In this document: positions 50,701 to 62,788 of the stretch, piece after piece
How the letters are laid out: each line of letters begins with the position of its first letter
How positions within the stretch are numbered: the stretch's first letter is position 1
Assembly: GCA_051362555.1 (NCBI GenBank)
Contig: CM120649.1
Span: forward strand, 19,668,567 to 19,732,566
DNA: 64,000 nt
Reading direction: 5' to 3'
Origin: Lingula anatina
Taxonomy: Eukaryota > Animalia > Brachiopoda
Position numbers and translations under genes: made by a program
The notes under the pieces: generated by a model
Seen by the model: only the letters and a program-made list of their open reading frames with translations
What the model was told of the DNA's origin: nothing
The model's database searches: none

Positions 50701-53700
50701 TAATGGAAGTTATGCTGTTTTTTTCATTTTTTTTCAGCATATATACAACCCAGATAACACGATAAGTGAAAAACCGCTTTTCTTTTTGGCTTGAAACTTA
50801 TATCTATAATACGCAAGTCAAGTTCAAAAATTGGCATGATGACGGCATTTTTATAAAAGTTTTGCTGTTTTTTTTTCAGTTTTTTTCAGCATATATGCAA
50901 CACCTATAACACATTTTAAGGAAAATCGATTGGCTAATTTTTTTGAAATTCACAGTAGTGATCAGTGTTACTGAAATACAGATTAAGTTTTGAAAATAAG
51001 CTTGATCAGTTAAAGTTTGGTGAAGTTATGCCTTTTTTTGTATGTAAGTGTTTTTTCCTCAAATTTAATTCTCAGGCATGTTAACAGTCTCATTTTTGAA
51101 CTAATTAGATATGATAAGTTGTTCTTTTGACATTTTCTGCATCTTAACAACGTTGTTAGTTGATTATATAAAAATGATGGTAAACCTGATATTGTGTACT
51201 GTGTAATAAGTGTCAAAAATGGAGAAAAAAAACTCATATCTTTACAGTTTGTCAGATTCAACCATTCGCTATGTTCAGAATCTCAGAATGGAGCAAGTTG
51301 GACATTTATAGTTGTTCTATTGATATATTTGCTTTGACAACATATTTTTTATTGATCATATAAAATGACAGTAAATTGATTATTTTGTTTTATGTAAAAA
51401 AGGTGTTGAAAATGGAAATAAACTCTTTCATTACAGTTTTCTCTTGTTTACATTTTGGGATTTTCAAAGTATGACTCTGAACTCTATGGGCTAGTCACAT
51501 TTTCTGAATATCCATGATACTTTTAAATTTATGGTTATTATGCTGTTAAGCATTGCATAATATTGCATCAAAATTGAACAAAACCCTATTCTGGGCACTG
51601 CCTCCGTTGTGGCCGTTAAAGGAAAACCATGTCACTTGCTCTTCTCACACTTACAGGAAAGAAACATAGGACTGAAATACAGCTTCAGTTGAAAAATTGT
51701 CTCATTAGTTAATTGTTTGGAAGTAATACAGGTTTTTTTGTGAAAATTTTTATCTTTCACATGTTGCAATTTTCAATGTGGGACTTAGAGCTTTTCTTAA
51801 TTTCCATGTTTTTAATAGCAGATATTTTAAAATTGGTGGTATTTATACAGTTAATCATTATGTAATGTTGCATCAAAATTGACAAAAAACCTACTTTATG
51901 CTCTGCCACCATTAATATTATGTAAAGTAAAGTGTTACTTTCTATTTTTTTTAACTAGTCTGACAAGAATGATTCTTAGGATTGACATACAGCTCATATT
52001 AGAAAACCAGCTCTATTTGATTATCATTTTTTTTTTGATTTATGCATTTTTTGTGAAATTTTCATTTTTTCTCATTCTGGCACTTTCTATGTATAAACTT
52101 GAACTCTGATGGGCCTGAAGCCTTATGCTTTTACTTTCATCGGTGTTACCTGTTGTGCAGTTAAACATAATGTATTATTGCATCAGAATATATATATTAT
52201 ATATATATAACTCAAAGATTAAAAGTTTGAATAGCAGCTTCATTGGAATTATATTTACCTCTGCCAAGGAGGTTTTGTTTTCACCCCTGTTTGTCTGTCA
52301 TCAACATAACTCAAAAAGTTATGAACCGATTTTGAAGAAATTTTCAGGAACTGTCAGAAGTGAGTCAAGGGGGACAATGATTAGTTTTTGGTGGTGGTTC
52401 GGATCAATAATCAATCAATAATCAATAATAATCAAAAATTGCTGCTCTCGGAAGGCTTTTCTAGTTTTGTTGTGTTTTCCTTTTTATTTTTTTCTCAAAC
52501 ACTGGCATTTGTGACTTTTAACTCCCATCCACCTGAGGCTCTGCACATTTTCTGTATTTCCACATAAGCAGTTGTATTGGTTTTTATGTCTTTAAATATT
52601 ATGTAATATTATTTTATGCACTATCATCATTTTTCAAATATTGGGACTTTCATCATGTGAATTTGAACTCTCATGGTCCTGAAACTGTAATCTTATTGAA
52701 GGAGTGGATTGAGACCATCTGCTGTGTCTTCTGGAAGACGGTCAGGTTTTTAAGTTTATATTGACCTGTATCTATTTTGTTTTCTGTTGGAAGACCATCA
52801 AAATGGAGGATTGATCATCATAGATACTTTGGAAACCTGTCAGAAAATATCTCTGGGTCCGCTCCTGTTATTGACCATGTTAACTGTTGTGCATGATTAA
52901 AATTCAGTGTTGACTGACAGTGCTATTATAAGCATTATTTATTATTGCATCAAAATTGACAAAGTGATCTATTTTGCATCTTTATTTTCTGTTTTTTTGT
53001 CTGTACATTTGACAGCTTTGCTGCCTTGTTTATGTTTGCCAAAATATTCTGTAAATTTTCAAGGCCTTTTAGAAAGATATTTTTTCTAAATTCTAAATAA
53101 AAAATGTACACAAACACTTTATAATAAGATCTTGTTTTACAGAACAGCAACTTTATTGGTGCGACGGAAATTTTTCCAAAATTGAAGTGTCCGACCCAGA
53201 TGGAAGTAAGAGACGATCTTTGATCAAAGCAGGAGATACTGTTGGCGGCCATTACTTCGGCATTGCCGTGGACGACCGGAAGATCTACTTTACTGATTGG
53301 AGGTTTGCTTCTTGGTACGTCACTTCCGTTTTAAACATCTACAAGAAAAATTATATAGACTTAAATAATTTGTATAATTTTGTGATTTTGATTAAAAATG
53401 TCATTAATATGCCTGAATGTAAATGGAACCTCAACTATAACACATGCGTGTACACTTTTAAGCCCATTTTTTTAACCAAGTGAGAATGTCATACATGTAA
53501 CTTGAGAGTTGCAGAAATTCGAAATGAAGTTCAACAGACTTTCATCATACATTTTGCCAAAAATTAGAGCTCCATGACAACAGAAAGCACAGCGGTGTAC
53601 ACTCCACGCATACAAATGACTCCTACCAGTTTCTTACACACAACAGAAATAACATCCACGTGCCAAAAATATTCCAAATTAATCATGCAGCCAAATTTCC

Positions 53701-56700
53701 TGGTCGCAAACTTAACCTAACTCCACACTTCCGGTCGTAAACTCAACCTACATATCCCCCCCCCCCCCCCCACACACACACACACACGTCACTTCACAAT
53801 GAACGGAAATTTATGTGTAGATTATGGTATACATATAGTATTATACTTTTCGAAGTTAGGTGGCGGTATTTTGCTTTGTGTCTGACATGTGAACTGAGCT
53901 CGCTTAATATACATTTTATGTCACTGTGATGACGCAAATCCATTTCTTTAAAATATGTTTCAATCTATTCAGTTCTATATTCAAGTTATCTCAAATGATA
54001 TATATTCCTTTGTGTATTTCTTTTCCTTGAACAGGTCATTCCACAGAGCAAACAAACACGACGGCAGTAATGCGACTATTCATACTGCCAGTTCTTTTCC
54101 AACGGCCAAGTTAACTGGTGTTCACGTGTACAGAAGTTCATACCATTTATCAGGTAAGGGCTGGGTTGTTTACAAAAAATCTAATGTTGGTTTTGGAACT
54201 ACGTGTAATGACCGGGTAGGGTGAAGTCGACTAAGTTGCTCTCAGCAAAATTAGCCTGCTTTTATTGTCCTTGTTGTCCTTCAACAAAGCCGTTTGGAAA
54301 ATGTGTAATTATATAAATGGAAGTTATATTATTCTCACCTAGTTACCTATTGCTTTGCACGCAGTCGGCTGTGCCGTTATACCATCTAGTTTTAACCAAA
54401 AAATTTAAGATCTGTCTTTAAATAATATGATCAATCAAGTACCACTCCCAACAATCTTTTTATCTAAAGACATCTTTAACGACTACATGCACTATATTAA
54501 TTGTCTTGTTGGAATTAATGTTCCAATTGCTTTGGCAACTTTGAATTGTAGGATCGAACGGCTGCAGTGTAAACAATGGGGGTTGTCCATACCTGTGTCT
54601 GCCAAAACCCAACGGCAGAACGTGCGCATGCCCAGATGGGGAATCCTTTTGCTTGCCTGGTCAAAGTACAAGTAAGTGAATTGGTATTGTTGTATACAAT
54701 ACTGTTATCAATGTGTTTGTTAACCTGTTTATTCTAATACATGTTTGTTTTTTTCACGTATATGCATTTGCGCAACATGTAGCCTACCGTATAAGCAAAT
54801 GTTCCTTTGGAGATGAATATCCGAAAATTTTAGAAATATACATATCAGCTGTTACCTTAATTTTTTTTTTATTGATTATGGAATATTTTCTTTCTTTTAT
54901 TGAATCAATATTACAGCAGGAAATGTGCCATTGGACACATCTTCGCCTGCCATGGTGGAAACAAGTTCTTCAAGAACGGTTCAAGGCGGGTTAATCTCAG
55001 GTAAGATTTCTAGCTAAACGTACCTTCGACTGAGAACTACAACAACTTCAATCACTCATCGAAGTGAACTTTTTTCAACACCAAAGTTTCCGACAGTTAA
55101 CTGATTCATAGCCAACCCGGTAACAGTACGATTTAGATTATTCTAAGAGGGCGGGTGTGTGCTTGCGTGGGTGGGTTGGGGTGAGTGGGAGGCAAGGGTT
55201 TATCATTGCCTCACATATGATAAGTATATATGAGGATAGTTTTTTCTATAAGGTGTATATTTTACAGGCACGAAATTGTGCCTGTTTTTGACTCATCCTG
55301 GGATACTTGGATAGGGTGGAGAGATATTTCAGAAGCTGCATGTAAAGCAGTGACACGTGTCGGCCCCCCCCCCCCCAAATATTCATATTAATAGCTATTG
55401 AAGGAGGTGGACATTTTATTTCAGTTAAATACCACGGGGGGACTCCGCCCGCTAGTCAGCCAGTGAGCGCTGCCTTGATTGCCGTCAGCGTGGTCAGCGT
55501 AGTGATAATTATAGCCTTGGTACTACTGGTGGTGGTGATAATAAAGAAACGGAAGTAAGTAGGCCTAGGGGAGAGCGGGGTTGGTTGGAACAGTTTTCAC
55601 CTTTTTTGCGATATCTCAGCAGTCAAAGCTTTGGGGGCAAAAATAAAAAATCTGATAGGGGAAAATTATATGCCGCACTTATCTATGAAATAAAACATCA
55701 AGTAGGTCTTTTCATTTAAGAGTAATAAATGCTCAAAGTTGCCTCCTAGAACGTTCCATCTCACCCCACCCACGGGGTGAGCTGGAACAGGCAGTGGGGT
55801 GAGTTGGAACAAGAGGGCGAGTTGGAACGCTTGCATATAAATTCAAAGTATAATTCATTTTAAGAGTAGGATTATCTATATTAATTTCCCAACAAGTACA
55901 TGTTACTTTGTATTAGTATCTTCATAGTTTGTAAGCATTTTTTACGTTTACAGTTTGTTTTCAAATGGTCTTTTCGATGTATAAACCATATCCAGTTACA
56001 CTTCATTTCATAATGATAACAAAAGTGGTGTAGTTTAAGAGAAAATAAGTTGAATTCACATAACTCAACATATCAACAACAATATATTAGACCTACAAAT
56101 GAAAACTGTATCTCTTTCAACTAAACCTCAGAATCAAAATTGCAGTTTTGACATATGTACACTTGGTGACCCTTATAAGTACAGTCTTCATGTGACCACT
56201 CCAGACAAACAATGCATTGAACCCATTTCTCTTTTGGCCAGCTGTTACTGAACGGCTCCCCACAAACCAGACATTGCCACTCTTCTTCTGACTCAGAATA
56301 GCTAGTCATCTTTAATATCCTTTTTCGTCATTTTCCCTGTCAACTAGAAATCTTCAACCTTTTTTTATTTTTGTTGCGCTTGTCCTTTTTAATTTTGTTG
56401 GGCTTGGCCTTTTCTTTTTCGAGTAGCTCTTTTTCAAGTGTGTCAGTAAGAACTGCACTGCATCGTTTTCTTCTTTTAATGATTGGACTGCGACGGTGAG
56501 CCTTTGGAAGCGGTCTTATTTCTCGAAGTGGCATTGCTGGACTTGAGCTGTTTTGGGGTTTTCTTAAGTGCGCTGTAGTGTGCTGAAGCACCTCTTCTGG
56601 TGAGGGCAAATGAGATTTCAACTGGATTTTTGCTTAAGTTACAAGGTGAATGTTTGTCTTTTCTGGCGGATTTTGTACCCTCGTTCACTAAACATTAACA

Positions 56701-58155
56701 GCAACCCCCAATCCATTACACAAAGCATTTAAAACCATATCGGCAAAATTGGTGTTGTATAGTTTATCCATAACGTTGGCTCTCATGTCAGCTAGAATAT
56801 TTTTATTTTTGCCGCAAAAAAACAGAGTAATAATCGATATTTCCTTCCACTTCTAAAAGCAATTAATCGCAAAGAGCAACAGTGGACATGCAGACCCCTT
56901 TTCGACCAAACAGCTAGCAACTGCATTTAACAAGCAGTGACCATCCCCCCCCCCCCCCCCTTGTATTTTCTACACGCATGTACATTCTGGCACCTTGGAG
57001 ATGTTCTATCAGCTGGATTTTGACTCCAGTTGGAGTTGTACTGGGTGCGTCGCTACTCTCTTCAAAGTTGTAAATAAAACATTTAGAGAGATAAAAAACA
57101 ATTGAAAAACACCGTGCGGGGTAGGTTGGAACACCCCTGACAGTGTTCCAACTGACCCCATGTCAAATGTTCCGACCAGCCCCCATGACATCATGACCTA
57201 CTTATGACACTGTATTTCTTTAACGCGTGTGAGGTGATTAAAAAAACTACAGCTTTTTTAACATCAAGGTGGTCCTAAACCCTATGCTCAATTTCAGTGA
57301 TATAATCCTTATACTTTAGTTTACAGCACGATGAATGTCAAAAATATGAAAACTTACTTCGAGTGGCGAAAATACGTTTTTTTCGCATAAAACTTTTACC
57401 GCATTTTCGAAACTTCCAAAAGTTTCCCGGATTAAAGTCCATACCATGTGACATTTTTATGCTGAAGGAGCACATGATCGGTCTCGTGATTTAAGAAATA
57501 AAGCCAATGTTCCAACTTACCCGCGTTCCAACCCACCCCGCTCTCCTACTCGTATTTATTACTAATTGGAGAACAATAAATGCATTTTGTGCATCTGAAT
57601 TAAATAAAATAAAATGAAGGTATAATTTATTGAATGAACAAATAAATAAATAAATTGGACCCAGGATATATATTAGGATTTTTTGTTATCATGTAGGCCT
57701 ACTGATTGAAAAACTGAGTGCCAACATGCGAACTGTAGTAACCCTATTATATTCATTTCGATGAAGAAAACTGATAGTAAGCCTACAGATACCGTAAAAG
57801 GAAAACCCAATTAGAAACACTCAATGAAAGAAACACCAAATGACCTCATATCTCGTTCAATAATTTCAGTGCTCCACAAAACTCCTTGCCGACCAATCCG
57901 CACTTGAACCCTGCATTTGACAACAATGGGAACGACAAACCGGAGCGCCATCTATCGAGCAGCCCACATCAGGGTGACACGTCACATTACGAAGGCCTGA
58001 CGCCAGGCATGGCAAATATCAGCAGCAAAGATGAGCATCCTTATCAACAAATGACCGGGAATCCTGTATATGAAATCCCAACGTTCACGGTTTACGAAAA
58101 TGGAGTGAATGACTATCAGCCTATTTTGCCCAGCACCCGCGAAGAGAACGTGTAA
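44774..58155 (+). CDS. LDL-receptor-related type I membrane protein: signal peptide, single YWTD beta-propeller, EGF, TM, Tyr-rich tail (~498 aa)
   Basis: Ten phase-compatible exons: 44774-44828, 45803-46048, 46184-46352, 49737-49864, 53143-53302, 54035-54153, 54552-54671, 54917-55000, 55425-55554, 57870-58155. Motifs IFTD, VYWTE, LYYTE, MYWTDWG, LYWCD and IYFTDW; [29 protein letters not shown]; [29 protein letters not shown]; tail NPVY. Confidence 0.85.
45281..45530. mobile_element. Fully palindromic 250-bp MITE (Harbinger-like GGC...GCC termini)
   Basis: GGCTGCGTTCACATGAAAAATCTATTTTCTAAAAATCT... is mirrored to ...AGATTTTTAGAAAATAGATTTTTCATATGAACGCAGCC, with arms of ~110 bp. Confidence 0.85.
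46394..47947 (-). mobile_element. 5'-truncated non-LTR retrotransposon (LINE, probably RTE-X-like), frameshifted ORF2 C-terminus
   Basis: ORFs 47598-47906 (YLG...[11 protein letters not shown]) and 46835-47644 (ELGRLPL...[15 protein letters not shown]...ICRLC...[10 protein letters not shown]). The 3' end is AATAAA plus a (TTGAA)n tail. Candidate TSD ATTAACA at 46387-46393 and 47948-47954. Confidence 0.88.
48045..48552. mobile_element. Possible old MITE with TCAAAGGT...ACCTTTGA ends
   Basis: Only an 8-bp terminal inversion and a transposon-like interior. Confidence 0.3.
50040..51030 (+). mobile_element. HINE/Helentron-type element with (GTC/GCC)n microsatellite and ~160-bp internal tandem array (~6 units)
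   Basis: CATCACCTGCGTCTGTCGTCGCCGTCG... is followed by units starting ACCGATAAC at ~50102, 50266, 50426, 50587, 50748 and 50900, most containing GAAACTTACAGAACTG...GGTCAAGTTCGAAA. Confidence 0.75.
52254..52466 (+). mobile_element. Short non-autonomous Helentron-like element
   Basis: Begins TTTACCTCTGCCAAGGAGGTTTTGTTTTCAC...GTTTGTCTGTC and ends GCTCTCGGAAGGCTTTTCTAGTT, a typical HINE layout. Confidence 0.6.
55568..57546 (-). mobile_element. pogo/Tigger-like (Tc1-mariner superfamily) internally deleted DNA transposon
   Basis: Ends read TA|GGGGAGAGCGGGGTTGGTTGGAAC ... GTTCCAACCCACCCCGCTCTCC|TA, with subterminal TGGAAC repeats. Remnant C-terminus reads IRPLPKA...SAVLTDT plus a PHD-like finger CLVC...[15 protein letters not shown]...YICQNC. 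Confidence 0.85.
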
Positions 58156-58454
58156 ACATTTAACGCAATAGATTTGAATTTATTTCTTGCTGCGCATAAG
58201 CTTTACGTACAAAACCCTCCATTTAGTGTGTGTGTGTGTGTGTGTGTGTGGAGAGAGACACAGAGAGAAGACATCCTTATAAATGTACAGCAAAAAGCTT
58301 TAATTAATGATTGATACTAAAATCAAATTACAACTGACAAAAATGGACGTTTTCACGTAGGCCTAACGGTTGGATGAAATGTCACATGAACTCTTATATC
58401 TTTAGCAAACTAGTATGCTTACAAGTAACCTTTTGCCATAATAACATAATACAC

Positions 58455-58625
58455 AATAGGGGACTTAGGCCCACTAGTCCGAGGGTTAAGTATGGCTGAC
58501 CCACTTGAACTCTTTCCCCATGGGGAATCTATCAGGTGTCAATTAACGGATTAGACAGCAAGCTTTGTAGTCGGTCGCCATACTTGACCCCGGGACTAGT
58601 TAGTCCCGTATTCTGAATGGGGCCA
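58455..58625. mobile_element. Degenerate hairpin MITE related to 39489-39698
   Basis: Inverted arms (ACTAGTCC...AAGTATGGC.GAC / GTCGCCATACTTGA...GGACTAGT). Shares TTCTGAATGG and ATTAACGGATT with that element. Confidence 0.5.
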
Positions 58626-58819
58626 ATGTCGCTTGTGGTCTTATTTTTTTTAGAACAGTGTAGAATTCCCCGTCAGTGTTTGTAGTGTCAATAGGCCTAC
58701 TATAGGGCGTTCAGCTATGCACATAGGCCCTGTGCTTTTATTTGTTTCTATGTACTAAATTTTTCTTTCAAATATATTGACCAAAGAAAAGAATAGGCTG
58801 CTCCAAAAGACCCACAAGC

Positions 58820-58900
58820 TATCTGCTTGATCCTGCCAGTATTCACATGCTTGTCTCAAAGATCAAGCCATGAATGCCTAAGTATATACTTTCACACAGT
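58820..58900 (+). pseudogene. Dispersed fragment of the 5' end of 18S rRNA
   Basis: TATCTGCTTGATCCTGCCAGTATTCACATGCTTGTCTCAAAGATCAAGCCATGAATGCCTAAGTA is the universal 18S start with several substitutions. Similarity ends after ~80 nt. Confidence 0.9.
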
Positions 58901-61482
58901 CCATTACCACTGATATATGGATTTGATGTTGACTATCAAATGTCATAACCCCAAGCTGTCGCAAGATTGCTGTGCACCCGAAATTGCTTTCATATCACCC
59001 GTTTTCCCCACTTTTACTGGTTCCCATCCCAGGACAGTAGGCCTATCTTGATTCGCTGTAGGACTAAATGAAACTGCATTATGTTTCAGTGAATAAAACA
59101 GAGGTTTTTATTTAAATTGATTGCTTAACTCGGTGTCTGTTTTGATTTTAACACAGAGGAAAAAACATATACTTAAGGTGCCCGTGGGTGTTGGTGGTCA
59201 TGTTGTGTCATTTGCTCTCTATCCAAGGGGCAGACTTATATTTATTCATATATTATTCTGTGCTGGTAATGTAAATTAACTGAACAGGAAAGGCATTACG
59301 AAACGACAAAAAAAAAAAAAAAAAAAAAAAAACATTAAGAAGTACTTGACTCTTCTCTCAAACAGGCTAAATATAGGCACGTGGCAATGAAAAGACTAGA
59401 AATGCTAAGATATAGCAACAAGATAGAGGTGTCTCGTGTAGCTGTCTCTCATACCTGCACGAGGAAGGGATAACGCACTTAGCCAATCATCGCACAGTGC
59501 ATTTCTATAGCACAGTAGCCTATTTATTAGAAGATTCCTCGTCAGAATCGGTGGCAAGAGGTTATAATACATTTAAACAGACTTAGGGTGCACTCCGATT
59601 CCCACATCGTACTAACTGGGTAGGTTCAAATATGCGGGATTCACACTAAATATAGGTGTGTGTGTGTGTAACAACATATCTGGCTCATATGCACCGTATG
59701 TAGAGCGCCCTTAAACGTGTCAGAACTGACAAAACTACGTGGTGAGTAATAGAGAAATTTGGACTTGTGTTGCCGGACTGCATCGTGCAATTACAATTTG
59801 ACTGAGACCAACCAGAACACGTTGTGGCATGGCTGTGAAGGCGTAAGGAAAGACACCGTTACCATTGTGAATTGTTCTGCTAAGAACGTTATAAAGTTGA
59901 AGGGAAAACATAGCGACCTTCGAAGATCTGCTGTGGCAGAGATACGAAATAAGAAGTGAGGACATTTCAGCTGTGAACAGTTACGCAAAAACGGTTCACT
60001 GTGCTAAGTGATCTCTACTCAAAATGAAAAATATTTACATTGCTCATGAACATTTCATAAAAAGTGACATTTGGTGACTTTAACGAGTTTTGACTCTATT
60101 TTGTACATTTTAATGAGACTGCGATAATCATTCACCACAAGTTTGTAGTACATAGGCCTATAACTTGCATATACAATTACACGCCAATTAACTTCTAAAA
60201 GGCTTGTTCAGTTCTGATGTTCAACGCCGGTGTTTGGACCGTTCTAACTCAAATTTGAGGTCCACGCACCCTACCAAGAGAAAGACAAACCGCTATAATA
60301 TAAACATTTAGATGTAACTGGCTCAAAATAAAAAAGGTTTAACTTTTTTAAAGCTATTGGTTAAAAATATATTGTTTTACTTCTGAAAAGAGATGTGGCA
60401 GTTGGATAAAAGTGTTTTTTAATATCCAAAAGATCTAAACCCACAAAACTACTACACGTATCCGCGAGTCCTTCTTTTTTGATGTATTTACAATAAACGA
60501 TAAACCTCAAGAGCTATGCAATATAAACCGTTTGAATTATTGTCATAATTGTCAATTAAAATCCGTTTCATTTCCAGGGAAGTAAATTGGTAGAAAGTGA
60601 CATTTTATTGACGTTCGGATTGGATATTAATTTAGTATGTGCAATTATTAGTACTAAATAAGTTTGGAAATAGAGTCGGAAATTTACCTCTAAATTTTAC
60701 CAAAGAAAAAGATAAGATAACGACCTCAATGTAGTCATTAACGGAAATGTTAAATAGATTGCATATTGGGTGGTAATTGATTTTGGGCTCACAACGATGA
60801 AAATTTTGCCTTCTACACTTTTTTTAAGGCAAAATAAAATATCTAAAATACAGTAACGGGGCTGAGGCATCCCTAAATTAAGGGAGTTGAACTCCCAAGG
60901 CGTGAGAACATGGAGTAGATGAATAATTTTGGCATTTTCTCTCTTTTATACACAATGCACATCAAATGATATTTGCACAGAGTACTTAAATGTACATACC
61001 TTTTTTTTTTCGCCCCAAATATAAATATAAAATGAAATATACAACAGGTACAGATCTTAATAATGCCCCCATTTTAGTATGCATCAAATCGGGGCATGAG
61101 AAACCTCATTATAATGTATGTTAGTTCGAGAATTGGATTCTACAAAATCGCTGTTGGGGCTGCTGTTTTTAAAACTGCATTTTGGATTTTGTATCAGTTC
61201 TGTAAATTGAACACATCTGCTTTAACATGTACCTCTACTCCATCATGCCAAATGTTTGAGATTTCCCTTTGGACTTGCGCGATCACGAGGTGTGTGCTAG
61301 AGAAAATAACCCACAAATAAAAGTCCCAGTTATTACTATAAACTGATTGTCACTCATGTTAATAGACTATCAAATTATAACCTATCACACAGCCTTCATG
61401 GTAACAATGATGTGAGTTAAGTGCTTTTTTTTTTTGGAAAATTGAGGAAGGGCTCTATTTCAGCCAAGACCGCATATTGCTG

Positions 61483-61490
61483 TATATAAA
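61483..61490 (+). promoter_or_regulatory. TATA box of the lectin gene
   Basis: TATATAAA lies ~120 nt upstream of an ATG in good Kozak context (TCACCATG). Confidence 0.55.
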
Positions 61491-61605
61491 TTCGCTCAAC
61501 TGAAGAGCCTCTCGGCACGTCCACCTGTGAAGACGAAAGCACCACAAGGGACCAGTAGAGGGCTCTCCATTCGCTGCAAGAAGACCCGTACCTCTGAAGT
61601 TCACC

Positions 61606-62788
61606 ATGCACGTACTCATCTCTCTGACGCTGCTGTGTCTGGCGCTGGCAGCTACCGTGGGTAAGTTGTAGTGAGGATGCAGAGGCGATTGGCAAATTGC
61701 CATCATCTATTTTTTTTTTCTTTTGTGAGCCGATTTGCATCAAATTCTTAATCTTTTTTTTTCTATAACAAGATTCTAATTCCAGTTATTACAACAGTCT
61801 TTTCAGTTCTGAAAAATCTTACCCCAAGTGGCGGTAGGCCTATATGTGGTGTTGGGAACAATATCCACACTTACCGACACATCGTAAGTCCAATGATCCC
61901 TATCACAAATTTATTAATTTTTTTGTTACAGAAGCCTACACCAGTCCGCGGTTCATCGTAAAGCATCGGTCCAGTGGCTTGTGCTATGCTTATGCAGATT
62001 GGTGGGGGTGGGGACATCACTATGAGAAATTCCGTGCCGACTCCTGCAGCAATGCAGCGGAGGTAGAATGGGTGCAGAAAGAGGGGCATTGGGGCTACCT
62101 TAAGATCGTCGGAACCGGTGGACATTGTATGAACCCCCTTGGAGGCTGGGCCAGTCCTGGTGATAACACTGCACTTTTCCCGCATCCGAACTGCTATAAT
62201 TCCGCACTTTTCGCAATTGACCAAGAAAAAGGCATCATCAAACATTCCGGCGGCAAGTACGTCCACGTGTACCCTTATCTAGCGGAAAAGCCGAATAGGC
62301 ACTCTGATTTGATGCTTCACTCAGGACTGCACCGAAATATTAAGTTTGACTTTGTACAAAAGGGTAACCCAAATCAGAAGGTGCAGGTGATTCCAAACCC
62401 ACAAGTGAAAGGAGAATGGCAAAAGGTCTCTTGTTGGTACAATGTCCACGTCGGCTCTTTGAAGTTCACAATGACCATCGGCACGAGCAAGACCTCCTCT
62501 TCGTCTCTTACCAACACTTGGGAGATATCAGTGGGAGTTGCAAAAGGTATTGTAGAGGCCAGCGCCACCTATGGGGGCTCTTTCACAACCACCGACGAAC
62601 AGCAATGGAAGGCAGAAAGTACCATAGAGAGAACCATTACTGTAACTAAAGAATACAGTACCCTGTGTTTGTGGCAATGGGTGTATGAATTTGAGCAATT
62701 TAATGATGGCTTTAGGTTTAGGTCATTTACTATTCGCGAGACTCGATCTGACGCCAAACCAACTGAAATCCCCGGCAGTAAAAAGTAG
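61606..62788 (+). CDS. Secreted mytilectin-like beta-trefoil lectin fused to a Ser/Thr-rich beta-pore-forming-type domain
   Basis: Exon 1 (61606-61660) encodes signal peptide MHVLISLTLLCLALAATV. A phase-1 intron leads to exon 2 (61932-62788). Its N-half has mytilectin-like repeats (FIVKHRSSG, WGYLK, NPLGGWASPGDNT, ALFAID, IKHSGGKYVH, LMLHSGLH..IKFDFV). Its C-half has TIGTSKTSSSS..WEISVGV..ASATYGGSFTT..W..LCLWQW. Confidence 0.8.

Noticed and set aside
56121-56309. Independent PHD-finger gene
   Set aside because: It lies within pogo-like TIRs and is the C-terminal remnant of the transposase.
58820-58900. Functional 18S rRNA gene
   Set aside because: Only ~80 nt long, with substitutions at universally conserved positions and no downstream rDNA.
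59759-59959. ORF with CCRTASCN resembling a Ly6/three-finger C-terminal motif
   Set aside because: No convincing acceptor, no other exons and no full cysteine pattern; likely chance.
61844-61931. ORF-track N-terminus MWCWEQYPH... of the lectin
   Set aside because: This is intron sequence; the real N-terminus comes from the signal-peptide exon at 61606-61660.
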